From assembly GCA_035635575.1 (NCBI GenBank), contig DASQAV010000008.1, positions 1 to 63,072 of the forward strand: 63,072 nucleotides of DNA, written 5' to 3'. Made by a program: the position numbers and the translations under genes. Under the pieces are notes generated by a model, which did not search any database, was not told the DNA's origin, and saw only the letters and a list, made by a program, of their open reading frames with translations. This document shows, in pieces, positions 27,576 through 37,114 of the stretch (position 1 is the stretch's first letter; every line of letters starts with the position of its first letter). The stretch comes from Candidatus Dormiibacterota bacterium (GTDB lineage Bacteria; Eisenbacteria; RBG-16-71-46; SZUA-252).

Positions 27576-28289
27576 CTAGAGGGCGCCGAGCAGGTCGAGG
27601 ATGCGCAGCCTCCACACCATCCACGCGGCTTCCCACACGATCTTCTGGTTCATCTTCGATTCGCCCGCGCGACGGTCGACAAACAGGATCGGGATTTCCT
27701 TGATCCGGAATCCCTTCCGCCAGGCCTTGAAGTTGATCTCGATCTGGAAGCCGTAGCCGTCCGACTTCACGCGGTTGAGATCGATCGCTTCCAGCACCTG
27801 GCGGCGGAAGCATTTGAATCCGCCCGTCAGATCCTTGATCGGGATGCCGGTGATGACCCGGCTGTAGACGTTGGCGCCGTACGAGAGAATGAGCCGTTTG
27901 AGCGGCCAGTTCACGACGGTGACACCGTGCAGGTAGCGCGATCCCACCACCAGGTCGGCGTTCTCCAGCTCGCGCAGGAATTGCGGGAGCGAATCCGGAT
28001 TGTGTGAGAAATCGGCGTCCATCTCGAAGACCGCGTCGTAGCCGCGCTCGAGCGCGTATTTGAATCCCGCAACGTACGCCGAGCCCAGACCCATCTTGCC
28101 CGGACGGTGCATGACGTGGACGCGGGGATCGGCGGCCGCCAGCTGATCCGCGACGGCTCCCGTCCCGTCGGGAGAGTTGTCGTCGACGATCAGGACCTCG
28201 AGCGGCAGGTTCTGGGCAAAGATCTGCCGCAGGAGCTCGGTGAGGTTCTCCCGCTCCTTGTAGGTCGGGATGATCACGAGCGCCTTCAT
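27576..28289 (-). CDS. polyprenol-phosphate mannose/hexose synthase (Dpm1/Ppm1-like GT2)
   Basis: MKALVIIPTYKERENL, IVDDNSPDGT, EMDADFSHNP, soluble 237 aa. ATG overlaps the upstream stop (ATGA). Confidence 0.88.
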   Translation of the reverse strand: MKALVIIPTYKERENLTELLRQIFAQNLPLEVLIVDDNSPDGTGAVADQLAAADPRVHVMHRPGKMGLGSAYVAGFKYALERGYDAVFEMDADFSHNPDSLPQFLRELENADLVVGSRYLHGVTVVNWPLKRLILSYGANVYSRVITGIPIKDLTGGFKCFRRQVLEAIDLNRVKSDGYGFQIEINFKAWRKGFRIKEIPILFVDRRAGESKMNQKIVWEAAWMVWRLRILDLLGAL

Positions 28290-30748
28290 GACGGCGCCTC
28301 GGTCACGGGCTCCGCGCGTCCGGAGGCGCCCCGGCGGCGGCGTCTCTGGAAGAGGCCGGCGCCCGCGATCAGCACGGTCACGAGGAGCGACGCTCCGGAG
28401 ATCCGGATTCCCTCGCGCAGGGAGCGCGGCTCGTAGCGGAAATGAATGCGGTGCGCTCCGGGCCCGACCAGCACGCCGCGCATCAGGTAGTTCACGCGAT
28501 GGATCGTCGCGGGCTTCCCGTCGACGGTGGCCTCCCAGTCCGGGTCGTACTGATCCGCGAGCACGAAGAGCCCCGGCGTCTGGGTCAGGACCAGGAATTC
28601 CGCCTCGTTGAAGTCGTAGCGTAGGACCCGGACCGAATCGCGCTCCGCGGGCTCGCTCATCACCGGCAACGAGTCCCCGGTCCAGAGCGCCTCCTTCGCC
28701 GGGTTGAACCCGTTCGTGCGGATCGTCGCCATGGCGACCGCGTCGTCGCGAACGGGCTTCAGCCGGTGCACCACGTACGCGCGCGGCAGAACCCCCACGA
28801 TCTCGTACACGTTGATGTCCCCCTCGTGGCGCAGGGTGACGCCGGGCGTGGTGGGCGGAAGCTTGCCGTCCAGGAGCACGTATTTGACGTTGAGGAACCG
28901 AAGCATATCCAGGCTGCTCATGATTCCGGCCGTGTCCGCCAGTGCCTGGTAGAGCTTCGGCTTGGCCGGATGATAGCCGAGCACGGAGGCCACCCCGTAG
29001 GCGGCCAGCCTGCTGTCGTGCGGATCCAGGGGGAAGACCCGGAAGAGCGTGGAATCGGACTTTAGGAAGGTCACCTCGGGCGTTTCCATGAAATACCCCG
29101 CGTAGTCTTCCGGTGATCCTAATTGTGGATCGATGATCTTCCGATCGACCGTCCAGAGATCCACGGCCACGACCAGGAGCACCGCGATCGCGGCGGCCGC
29201 GCGGGTCATCTTCCCGCGCCGCGCCATGCCGATGAAGAGGAGCCCCAGCCCGAGCAGAAGGCCGGACTTGATGGCGTCGAGCGAGGCCATGTCCAGAGCC
29301 TGGCGGGCGAGGTCGGGGGTGAAGTGAGGGCGGACGCGCGCGGCGCCGCTCACGAGGCCTCCCGAGAACGCGTGGAGGATCGCGACCACCGCCACACCCG
29401 CGCCGGCCGAGATCCAGGCGGCCCGGATCCATGGGGCGCCCGGATCCCGCCCCTTCTCCTTCGTGGCCGCGGGACGCTCGAGCGCTTTCGTGAGCCCGAA
29501 GGCGGCGAGGGCTGCGGTGGCGAACTGGACCAGAACCAGCACCATCACGGGAACGCGGAACTTGTTGAAGAACGGGAGATGGAAGTAGAGGAGCGAGTAG
29601 AGGAGCTGGAAGTGCTTTCCGAACGACATGAGGAGCGCGACGCCCGCGAGTCCCAGGAGATACCACCGGACGCTGCTCCGCCAGCGCATCGCGCCGTAGA
29701 CCGCGAGCGCGAGGGTCAGGATCCCCATGTAGTTCGGATAGTCCGTGAACGGCATGCTTCCCCAGTACGTGCGCCCGCCGAAGCCGAACATGCTCGGGAT
29801 CACGAAGGTCAAGATTTCGCGCGGATGGAAGGACCAGGAAGTTGCGTACTCGAGTCCCGCTCCTCCGCCCTCTCCCGCGCCGCGGATCGAGAGTTTGGAA
29901 TACTCGTGGGTCGGGAGGTAGAGGAAGGCGCTCATCCCGAAGCCGAGCAGAAGCCCCACGCCGAGGCCCAGCACCGCGCGAGCGCCTTCGGTCCTGCGCC
30001 CTTCGCGGTAGCCCGCGACCGCGAGATAGATGGCGTATCCCAGAAGCGCGAGCCACGAGTAGAAGACGATCTGCACGTGCCCGCGCAGGAGCTGGAGCGC
30101 GGCGGCCAGCGCGAACGCGGCCAGGGCGAGAAGCGATCCCCGGCGCGCGAACCGGTCCAGGAGAAGGACCAGGAGTGGCAGGTACGCCGCGGTCATGATC
30201 TGGCTGCCGTGGCCGAACACCCCCACCGCGACGAGGTTCGGCGTGAGGGCAAGGGCCACGGCGCCGAGGGTCGCTCCTTCGGGTGCGGCGCCCAGCGCGC
30301 GCAGGAGCGCGAACATCGAGAGCGCGAGCAGGAGGTAGTGCGCGAGGAGCCACGTGAGGTCCGGGAAATGGAGCGTCTTGTTCAGGAATCCAAAGACGAC
30401 GTCCAGGGGATAGACGTACGGAACGAAGGTGAGGCTTCCAAAACTGGGCATCCCCAGGAAGTGGTACGGATTCCAGAGAGCGTAGACGTGCCTTTTTTGC
30501 AGGGCATCCAGCGCGACGCGCGCGAATCCCGCGGGCGCCACGGAATCGGGCGTGAGAAACACCTTCCCGAACGCGATCGGATAGAAGAAGACGAGCACCA
30601 CGGCCGCGACGATCGCCCAGGCCCAGCGCGAGAAGAGCTCCGGGGTCTCGCTCTGGCGCGGCTTCCCCGCGCGCTCCGGGGATCGCTCCTCCCTCGGGCC
30701 CCGCGACCCCCGCGCGCCGCCGCGCGACTCCTTGGAATGCTTGGTCAC
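28286..30748 (-). CDS. YfhO-like polytopic membrane glycosyltransferase (GT-C fold)
   Basis: 820 aa with more than 10 predicted TM helices in the first ~500 aa and a large C-terminal extracytoplasmic domain. N-terminal region FYPIAFGKVFLTPDS...LWNPYHFLGMPSFGS is YfhO-like. GTG start overlaps the upstream stop (GTGA). Confidence 0.7.
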   Translation of the reverse strand: MTKHSKESRGGARGSRGPREERSPERAGKPRQSETPELFSRWAWAIVAAVVLVFFYPIAFGKVFLTPDSVAPAGFARVALDALQKRHVYALWNPYHFLGMPSFGSLTFVPYVYPLDVVFGFLNKTLHFPDLTWLLAHYLLLALSMFALLRALGAAPEGATLGAVALALTPNLVAVGVFGHGSQIMTAAYLPLLVLLLDRFARRGSLLALAAFALAAALQLLRGHVQIVFYSWLALLGYAIYLAVAGYREGRRTEGARAVLGLGVGLLLGFGMSAFLYLPTHEYSKLSIRGAGEGGGAGLEYATSWSFHPREILTFVIPSMFGFGGRTYWGSMPFTDYPNYMGILTLALAVYGAMRWRSSVRWYLLGLAGVALLMSFGKHFQLLYSLLYFHLPFFNKFRVPVMVLVLVQFATAALAAFGLTKALERPAATKEKGRDPGAPWIRAAWISAGAGVAVVAILHAFSGGLVSGAARVRPHFTPDLARQALDMASLDAIKSGLLLGLGLLFIGMARRGKMTRAAAAIAVLLVVAVDLWTVDRKIIDPQLGSPEDYAGYFMETPEVTFLKSDSTLFRVFPLDPHDSRLAAYGVASVLGYHPAKPKLYQALADTAGIMSSLDMLRFLNVKYVLLDGKLPPTTPGVTLRHEGDINVYEIVGVLPRAYVVHRLKPVRDDAVAMATIRTNGFNPAKEALWTGDSLPVMSEPAERDSVRVLRYDFNEAEFLVLTQTPGLFVLADQYDPDWEATVDGKPATIHRVNYLMRGVLVGPGAHRIHFRYEPRSLREGIRISGASLLVTVLIAGAGLFQRRRRRGASGRAEPVTEAPS

Positions 30749-31914
30749 GCGGCGTCCCCTGTGCAGAACGCGACGAAGCGGCCGGCGATCTCGTCCCAGT
30801 CGTGACGCCGCGCGAAGGCGAGGAGCGGGGCGGGATCGGCGGCGGATGCGATCAGCGCCGAGGAGGCGGCGATGAAGTCCTGCTCGGAGTCCGCGACCCT
30901 GGCCGCGTCACCCCACGCACGAACCTCTTCGGTGAAGCGGGTGGTGACACAGGGCACGCCGGCCGCGGCGTACTCGTAGAGCTTCACCGGATTCACCGCC
31001 TCCGTGAGCGGTGTGCGCCGGAACGGAATCAGGCCCACCCGAAACGCCCGCACGATGGAGGGGATCTCCTCGTAGGGCCTCGGGCCGATCCAGAACAGGT
31101 TGGGGGTCTGGGCCTGCGCGCGCTCCAGCTCCTCGCGTGTCGCGGGGGGAGCGGGACCGACGAGGAGGACCCGCGCCCGCGGCAGCGCGCGCGCGAGATT
31201 CAGGACCAGCGGCAGGTCGAACCAGGAGTGCAGCGAGCCCACGTATCCCAGAATCGGTGACTCTGGATTGCCCGGGAGATCGCCGGCGGGAGCGGCCCGG
31301 GCGAACCGCGCGACCTCCACGCCGTTTCCAATGAGCGTGGGGTCCTGAGCGCCGCCGGCGCGCGCGAGACGTGCCAGGGGCTCGGAGGTGACGCTGACCC
31401 GATCGGCCTCGCGGAGGAGCCCTTCCCAGTGGCGCACGAGGCGCGGCGGGACGGGCGCGAAATGGAGCGGCGCGTCGATCATGTCGTACACCGTCCGGTC
31501 CGCGCGGAGCGCCGGAAGAAAGGGACGCGCGAGGAAGTTCTGGACCAGCGCGAGCCTCCTTCGCCCGGGCCTCCCGAATCCGGCGAGCATTTGCGCCCAG
31601 GCCCGCTGGAGCGAGAAGAGAGCCAGAGCGGCGGGCGGCCAGTCACCCACGCGATAGAAGAGCCGCCTGAGGCCGGGCGAGCGCGCGTGCAGCGGGAGGA
31701 AGGGAAAGGAAACACGGGAGATCCTTCCGGAGACGGGCGTCGGGCGGAAGGCGGGAGGGTGGCCCAAGGTCCAGGGCTCCACGAAGAGAATCCGAACGTC
31801 GGACGGAAATCTCGTGGCGAGCTGCTGCGGCCGTTGCCAGAGACTGTCCCAGGGAATATCACTGAGCCAGACGACGTCCCAGCCGGGACGCACGTGAGAC
31901 GCCGTAGCAAGCAC
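30745..31914 (-). CDS. GT-B glycosyltransferase (TuaH-like)
   Basis: DVVWLSDIPWDSLWQRPQQLATRF N-terminal motif. C-terminal NPVKLYEYAAAGVPCVTT. GTG 31914 chosen. The track ORF extends into the divergent intergenic region. Confidence 0.7.
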   Translation of the reverse strand: MLATASHVRPGWDVVWLSDIPWDSLWQRPQQLATRFPSDVRILFVEPWTLGHPPAFRPTPVSGRISRVSFPFLPLHARSPGLRRLFYRVGDWPPAALALFSLQRAWAQMLAGFGRPGRRRLALVQNFLARPFLPALRADRTVYDMIDAPLHFAPVPPRLVRHWEGLLREADRVSVTSEPLARLARAGGAQDPTLIGNGVEVARFARAAPAGDLPGNPESPILGYVGSLHSWFDLPLVLNLARALPRARVLLVGPAPPATREELERAQAQTPNLFWIGPRPYEEIPSIVRAFRVGLIPFRRTPLTEAVNPVKLYEYAAAGVPCVTTRFTEEVRAWGDAARVADSEQDFIAASSALIASAADPAPLLAFARRHDWDEIAGRFVAFCTGDAA

Positions 31915-31920
31915 GAGCTC

Positions 31921-31950
31921 AGAGTACGGGCAGCCGCAATCGACCGTCAA
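31921..31950 (-). promoter_or_regulatory. candidate promoter TTGACG-18 nt-TACTCT, 6 nt upstream of GTG 31914 (leaderless-type geometry)
   Basis: On the minus strand: -35 at 31950-31945 and -10 at 31926-31921. Pattern match only. Confidence 0.3.
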
Positions 31951-31971
31951 GACACCACATGCGCGGACTGA

Positions 31972-32000
31972 TTGACCTTTCGATGCACCTCCCGTAGCGT
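31972..32000 (+). promoter_or_regulatory. candidate promoter TTGACC-17 nt-TAGCGT, 8 nt upstream of GTG 32009 (leaderless-type geometry)
   Basis: -35 at 31972-31977 and -10 at 31995-32000. Pattern match only. Confidence 0.3.
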
Positions 32001-32008
32001 GCGCCCGC

Positions 32009-33154
32009 GTGCCCCGGCCGACCCGAGTCGCGATTGATCTGAGACCCCTCAGCCGGGGACCCTCGACCGGGATCGGACTCATCCTGTCCCAGATCCTGGA
32101 AGAGCTCCCCGGGCACGGCTTCGAGTTCATCGGCGTGAGCGACCGCCCCGTCGGCTCCCCCGCGGTCGTGGAATCGATCGAGGTGCGCGCCGGCCGGGGA
32201 TCCGTCGGGCGCATTCGCTGGGAGACGCGCGAGCTTCCGGGGATCTTGCGCGCGATCCACCCCCAGCCCGATCTCTATCACGCGACCTGGAATCACGGCG
32301 TCCCTCCCGGGCTCCCTTTCCCCGCACTCCTCTCGCTCCATGATCTGATCCCCTGGAAGGCGCCCGCGCTCGTGCCATGGCCCCAGCCCTCGTTCCTGCA
32401 CCGATGGCTCTATCGGCGCCAGGTTCGCGCGTCCGCGAGGAGCGCCGCGGCGATCGTGACCCTGAGCGAGGCGAGCCGCGGCGACATCGTGGCGCGAATG
32501 CCGGAGGTCTCGGCGAAGATCGAGGTGGTCCCCTGCGCCGTTCCGCGGTGGCTGGGACCCGCGTCCAGGGACGCCATCGCCTCGGCGCGCGCGCGGTTCG
32601 GGGAGCGCTATTGGCTCTACCTCGGAGGATTCGACCCGAGGAAAGGCGTCGAGGTTCTCGTGGAGGCCATGGCGATCGCGTTTCCGGAGGGAAAGGGCGC
32701 GCCCGCTCTCGTGCTCGCCGGGTCCGTGAATCGTCTCGCGACCGATCTCGCCCGGTCCGCGGCCGATCGAGGGATTCGCGTGAGCCTTCCGGGATACGTT
32801 CCGGATTCCGAGCTTTCGGGGCTTCTGGGAGGCGCCACGCTCTTCGTGTACCCCTCGCGCCACGAGGGATTCGGAATTCCGCCGCTTCTCGCGATGGCGG
32901 TGGGAACGCCGTGCGTGACGAGCGACATCCCCGCGATCCGCGAGGTGGTAGGAGACGCGGCGGCGCTCTTCCCTTCCGGCGACGCGCCGGCGCTCGCCTC
33001 CCTGCTCGCCGAGGCCGCGAAGGATCCGGCATCGCTCTGGCCGCTCGCGCGGCGCGGCATGGAGCGCTCCCGGAGCTTCAGCGTCGAGGCGATGACGGAG
33101 CGAATGATTCGGGCGTACGGACGGGCGGCGGAGACCCGAGCAGGATCCGCGTGA
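32009..33154 (+). CDS. GT4 glycosyltransferase (only plus-strand gene of the cluster)
   Basis: 381 aa. PSRHEGFGIPPLLAMAVGTPCVTSDIPAIREVVGDAAALF (EX7E region). GTG start. Confidence 0.85.
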   Translation: MPRPTRVAIDLRPLSRGPSTGIGLILSQILEELPGHGFEFIGVSDRPVGSPAVVESIEVRAGRGSVGRIRWETRELPGILRAIHPQPDLYHATWNHGVPPGLPFPALLSLHDLIPWKAPALVPWPQPSFLHRWLYRRQVRASARSAAAIVTLSEASRGDIVARMPEVSAKIEVVPCAVPRWLGPASRDAIASARARFGERYWLYLGGFDPRKGVEVLVEAMAIAFPEGKGAPALVLAGSVNRLATDLARSAADRGIRVSLPGYVPDSELSGLLGGATLFVYPSRHEGFGIPPLLAMAVGTPCVTSDIPAIREVVGDAAALFPSGDAPALASLLAEAAKDPASLWPLARRGMERSRSFSVEAMTERMIRAYGRAAETRAGSA

Positions 33155-34037
33155 AATCGAAAAAGCCCAAGAAAAGGGCGCCCGCGCTCTTCGCGTCTCC
33201 GCGCACGAGCGAGCGGACGAGGAGCCAGCTCGTCCACGCGAGGTAGGCCAGCCAGGCGAGCGGCCGCTGCCACCGGGTGCCGTAACGCGACAGGTAGAGA
33301 GCACCGCTGCGCAGGCGATAGTAGGCCTTGAGCGGCGTCAATCCGCCTCCGCTCGTCGCGGACACGTGGTGCCAGACCTTGGCCGAGGGCTCGTAGCCGA
33401 GCCGGAAGCCCGAAGCGCGCGCCTTGGCGGCCCAGTCCACGTCCTCGACGTACATGACGTAGCTCGAATCCAGCGGCCCCGCCGTTTCGATCGCCTCGCT
33501 CGAGAGGAGCGCCGCGGCGAAGGAGACGTATTCCACCTCGCGCGGACCGTCGTGGAGCTTCTCGTCCTTCACGTTCACGCCACGGTGGCGGATGAGCCCC
33601 GTGCGCCGGCCCACTTCTCCGCCCGCGAACCAGATCACGTCCGGCCGGTCGTAGTAGAAGATCTTCGGGGAGACCGCGGCGAGCCGCGGATCCGCCTCCA
33701 GGACGGCCCGGAGCTTCAGGAGTGCGGTGCGCTCCAGGACGACGTCGTTGTTCAGGACCAGCACGGAGCGCGCCCCCTGGTCGAGCGCCCGCTTCAGCCC
33801 CTCGTTCACGCCGCCGGCGAAATAGAGGTTCCTCTCGAGCCGGAGCACGTCGGCCGCGGGAAACTCCGCGCGGACCGCCTCCGCCGTTCCGTCCGTCGAG
33901 CCGTTGTCCACGAGGAGGGCGCGGTCCGGGGCGGGCTCGAGCGCCAGGACCGACGTGAGACATTGCCTCGTCAGCGGGAGCTGATTCATCGCGAGGATCA
34001 GCGCCCAGGTCGGCTTCACGGCGCGCGCGGCACTCAC
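33078..34037 (-). CDS. GT2 glycosyltransferase (rhamnosyltransferase-like)
   Basis: LVDNGSTDGT, YVEDVDWAAKARASGF. Paralogous to the N-terminal half of 25618-27564. GTG 34037 overlaps the upstream stop (GTGA). An alternative GTG lies at 34019. Confidence 0.8.
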   Translation of the reverse strand: MSAARAVKPTWALILAMNQLPLTRQCLTSVLALEPAPDRALLVDNGSTDGTAEAVRAEFPAADVLRLERNLYFAGGVNEGLKRALDQGARSVLVLNNDVVLERTALLKLRAVLEADPRLAAVSPKIFYYDRPDVIWFAGGEVGRRTGLIRHRGVNVKDEKLHDGPREVEYVSFAAALLSSEAIETAGPLDSSYVMYVEDVDWAAKARASGFRLGYEPSAKVWHHVSATSGGGLTPLKAYYRLRSGALYLSRYGTRWQRPLAWLAYLAWTSWLLVRSLVRGDAKSAGALFLGFFDFTRILLGSPPPVRTPESFAPSSPRR

Positions 34038-35191
34038 AGGCAGTCCCGGGCGAGCGACTCGAGCGCCTCCGCCAACCCATCCCACGAGAAGCGCCCCCGA
34101 GTCCGCGCGACCCCCTCCCGAAGCCGGGCGCCGAGATTCTCGTCGAAGAATCGCTCGATCGCGCGCGCGAGCGCCTGGGGATCGCGCGGCGGCACGAGAA
34201 GCCCCGAGACGCCCTCCTCGACCACCTCCTCCAGCCCGCCGGTCCTCGTGGCGATCACGGGCACCCCCGCGCCGAAGGCGATCTGCGCGATGCCGGAGCC
34301 GGTCGCCTCGCGATAGGGCAGCGCCACCACGTCGGCTGCGGCGAAATAGCGCGCGACCTCCTCGTTGGGGACGTAGCGGTTCACGACGCGGACGCGGCCG
34401 CGGAGGGCCGGGTCGTCGAGGAGCGGGCGGTACCGGGCTTCCGGCTCGTAGAACTCCCCCACCACGACGAGATGATCCCACGCGTCCGGCCGCGCCAGCC
34501 GGAGCGCCGTCAGGAGGTCCCCGAGCCCCTTGTAGGGACGGACGTAGCCGAAGAAGAGGAGCACGCGCCCTTCGAGTCCCAGGACGCGGCGCGCTTCCTC
34601 ACGGCTCACCGTCTTCTCGCTGAAGACCGCGTACGTGGGATGCGGATGGATGCGCACGGGACGGCCCCGGGCCAGGCGTTCGAGCTTCTCCGCCTCCGAG
34701 CGCGCGTGGACCAGGAAGGCGTCCGCGCCTCCCAGGCCGTAGGCGGTGAGGGCGCGGTCGAGCGGCGTGCTTTCGTGCGGCGCGACGTTGTGGCAAAGGT
34801 AGATCCGGACGGGCTTCCCGCCCCCGCTCGCGGAGGAGGCGCCCTTCGCGCGCGCGGCGCGTGCCGCGGTCCCGAGGGACGGCCCGAAGAAGGGATGCCA
34901 CCACGGGACCACGAGGAAGTCGGGCCGGAGCGCCCGGAGCCGCGCCCCGGTGCGAAACCAGGAGAAGGGATTCACGCTGTCCAGGATGGGCTCGGGAGCG
35001 ACCGGCGGCTCGATCGCGTCCCGGCTCGTGTCGAACTGGGTCGTGCCGGGAAAGAGGAGGCCGGGATAGAGCCGTCGGAAGGAGAGGATCGAAAGCTCGT
35101 GCCGCTTCGACAGAGCCTGCGCGAGAAGCGTCGTGTAGTGCGCGATCCCGCCCCGGTGAGGGTACGTCGGTCCCAGAATCGCGGCCTTCAA
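34034..35191 (-). CDS. GT4 glycosyltransferase
   Basis: 385 aa. YREATGSGIAQIAFGAGVPVIATRTGGLEEVVEEGVSGLLV. Confidence 0.88.
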   Translation of the reverse strand: MKAAILGPTYPHRGGIAHYTTLLAQALSKRHELSILSFRRLYPGLLFPGTTQFDTSRDAIEPPVAPEPILDSVNPFSWFRTGARLRALRPDFLVVPWWHPFFGPSLGTAARAARAKGASSASGGGKPVRIYLCHNVAPHESTPLDRALTAYGLGGADAFLVHARSEAEKLERLARGRPVRIHPHPTYAVFSEKTVSREEARRVLGLEGRVLLFFGYVRPYKGLGDLLTALRLARPDAWDHLVVVGEFYEPEARYRPLLDDPALRGRVRVVNRYVPNEEVARYFAAADVVALPYREATGSGIAQIAFGAGVPVIATRTGGLEEVVEEGVSGLLVPPRDPQALARAIERFFDENLGARLREGVARTRGRFSWDGLAEALESLARDCL

Positions 35192-35216
35192 CGGTTCCGC
35201 ACTCCCTGGAGGAAGA

Positions 35217-36173
35217 CTAGAGCCGCTCCCTGATCGCGTAGTCCGGCTCGTGGCTGCGCGTGCTCGCGATGAGCTCGCCCAGGAATCCCATCGAGATGAA
35301 CTGAATCCCCAAGATCACGAGCACGGCCCCGAAGAGGAGCGCCGGGCGGAGCCGCAGTCCTTCCCCCATCACCCAGCGCCAGGAGAAGCCGACCGTGATG
35401 GCCGCGCCGACCAGCGTGAAGAAGACGCCGATCCGTCCGAAGAGGTGGAGCGGCCGTCTCGAGATCCTCGTGAGGAACATGACGGCGAGAAGATCCAGGA
35501 AGCCGTTCAGGAACCGGCCCGCGCCGAACTTCGTCTTCCCGTGGAGCCGCGGATGGTGCACGGTCCGCATCTCTCCCACGCGGAATCCGTTCCAGTGCGC
35601 GAGCACGGGGATGAACCGGTGCAGCTCGCCACGCAGGCTCAGGGTCCGGACGACCTCCGCCCGATAGGCTTTCAAACCGCAGTTCATGTCGTGGAGCCGG
35701 ACACCGGTCATCGAGGAGGTCACCGCGTTGAAGAGCTTCGAGGGCACCGTCTTCGTGATCGGATCCTGGCGCTTCTGCTTCCAGCCCGAGACCAGGTCGT
35801 AGCCTTCGTCGAGCTTTCCGATGAGGGATCCGATCTCCGAGGAGTCATCCTGTAAATCGCCGTCCATGGTGACGAGGACGCGTCCGCGCGCCGCGCCGAA
35901 GCCCACCGAGAGCGCGGCCGACTTGCCGTAGTTCCTGCGAAAGACGATGGCCCGGAGATTCGGGATGCGGCGGTGCAGCTCGTGAAGGCGCGCCACCGTG
36001 TCGTCGCTGGATCCGTCGTCCACGATCAGGATCTCGTAGCTCTTCCCGAGGGCCTCGAGATCCACCGTGAGCTTCTCGAGGAGCGGCTTCAGATTCTCGC
36101 CCTCGTTGTAGACCGGAACGAGCACGGTGAGATCCACCTGGCCGGGCCTCGCGTGGAGCGGCGGGCCCTCCAT
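35217..36173 (-). CDS. membrane-anchored GT2, polyprenyl-phosphate sugar synthase type (ArnC/GtrB-like)
   Basis: VLVPVYNEGENL, IVDDGSSDDT, TMDGDLQDD, two C-terminal TM helices. ATG 36173 shares one base with the upstream TGA. Alternative ATG at 36197. Confidence 0.85.
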   Translation of the reverse strand: MEGPPLHARPGQVDLTVLVPVYNEGENLKPLLEKLTVDLEALGKSYEILIVDDGSSDDTVARLHELHRRIPNLRAIVFRRNYGKSAALSVGFGAARGRVLVTMDGDLQDDSSEIGSLIGKLDEGYDLVSGWKQKRQDPITKTVPSKLFNAVTSSMTGVRLHDMNCGLKAYRAEVVRTLSLRGELHRFIPVLAHWNGFRVGEMRTVHHPRLHGKTKFGAGRFLNGFLDLLAVMFLTRISRRPLHLFGRIGVFFTLVGAAITVGFSWRWVMGEGLRLRPALLFGAVLVILGIQFISMGFLGELIASTRSHEPDYAIRERL

Positions 36174-37108
36174 CACGTCTTCCGCTGCCATTCCCATTGG
36201 AGGAAGAGCCCCCGTTCGATTGAGGTGCGCGGCAGAAACCCGAGATCGCGGCGCGCGAGCTTCGTGTCGGCCGACGTGTCGCGAGGGTCTCCGTGCTGCG
36301 GCTCGACGTGGCGCCGCTCGAGCTTCTTCCCCACGAGCCGCTCGATCTCGTCGAGCACTTCCCGGAGCTCCACCCGATGCCCGCCGCCGACATTGTATGC
36401 GAATTCCGGCACGGGAAGGGTCAGGCTCGACACCGTGGCCCGGATCGCGTCCTCCACGAAGGTGAAGTCGCGCGTCTGCCTCCCGTCCCCGTACACCGTC
36501 ACCGGCGTGCCCCGCCGTCCCGCCTCGAAGAAGCGGTGGAAGCCCATGTCGGGGCGCTGCCGCGGTCCGTAGACGGTGAAGTACCGGAGCGCCACCGCCG
36601 GGATTCCGTGCTCCCGCCGGTACGCATGGACCAGCGCTTCGGTCGCGAGCTTCGTCACGCCGTAGGGCGAGATGGGCCTCCTCGGCTCATCCTCCGGCGT
36701 GGGAGTGCGCGAGGCACTGCCGTAGACCGAGGAGCTGGACGCCACCGTGACCCGCTCCAGCGACCGGTCCCGGCACGCGTCCAGGAGCCGCTGCGTGGCG
36801 AGGACGTTGTGCTCCGCGTACTCGCGGAAGGAATCCCCCCAGCTCGACCGCACGCCCGGCAGCGCGGCCAGATGGGCCACGTGCGTCACGCCGTCGAGGA
36901 GCGGATTCAGGTCGGCGTGGCGCAGGTCCGATTCCAGGAAGCGGAACCCCGGATCCTGCCTCAGGCGTTCGAGATTCGCGCGCTTCACCGAGGCGTCGTA
37001 GTTGGGCGTGAACGCGTCCACCCCGGTGACCTCGAATCCCGCTCCCCGGAGCGCCTCCGCGAGCGTCGATCCCAGGAAGCCGGCGACGCCCGTGACGAGC
37101 GCGCGCAC
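36173..37108 (-). CDS. NAD-dependent nucleotide-sugar epimerase/dehydratase (extended SDR)
   Basis: MRALVTGVAGFLGSTL, catalytic YGVTK. Confidence 0.9.
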   Translation of the reverse strand: MRALVTGVAGFLGSTLAEALRGAGFEVTGVDAFTPNYDASVKRANLERLRQDPGFRFLESDLRHADLNPLLDGVTHVAHLAALPGVRSSWGDSFREYAEHNVLATQRLLDACRDRSLERVTVASSSSVYGSASRTPTPEDEPRRPISPYGVTKLATEALVHAYRREHGIPAVALRYFTVYGPRQRPDMGFHRFFEAGRRGTPVTVYGDGRQTRDFTFVEDAIRATVSSLTLPVPEFAYNVGGGHRVELREVLDEIERLVGKKLERRHVEPQHGDPRDTSADTKLARRDLGFLPRTSIERGLFLQWEWQRKT

Positions 37109-37114
37109 GGCCGC

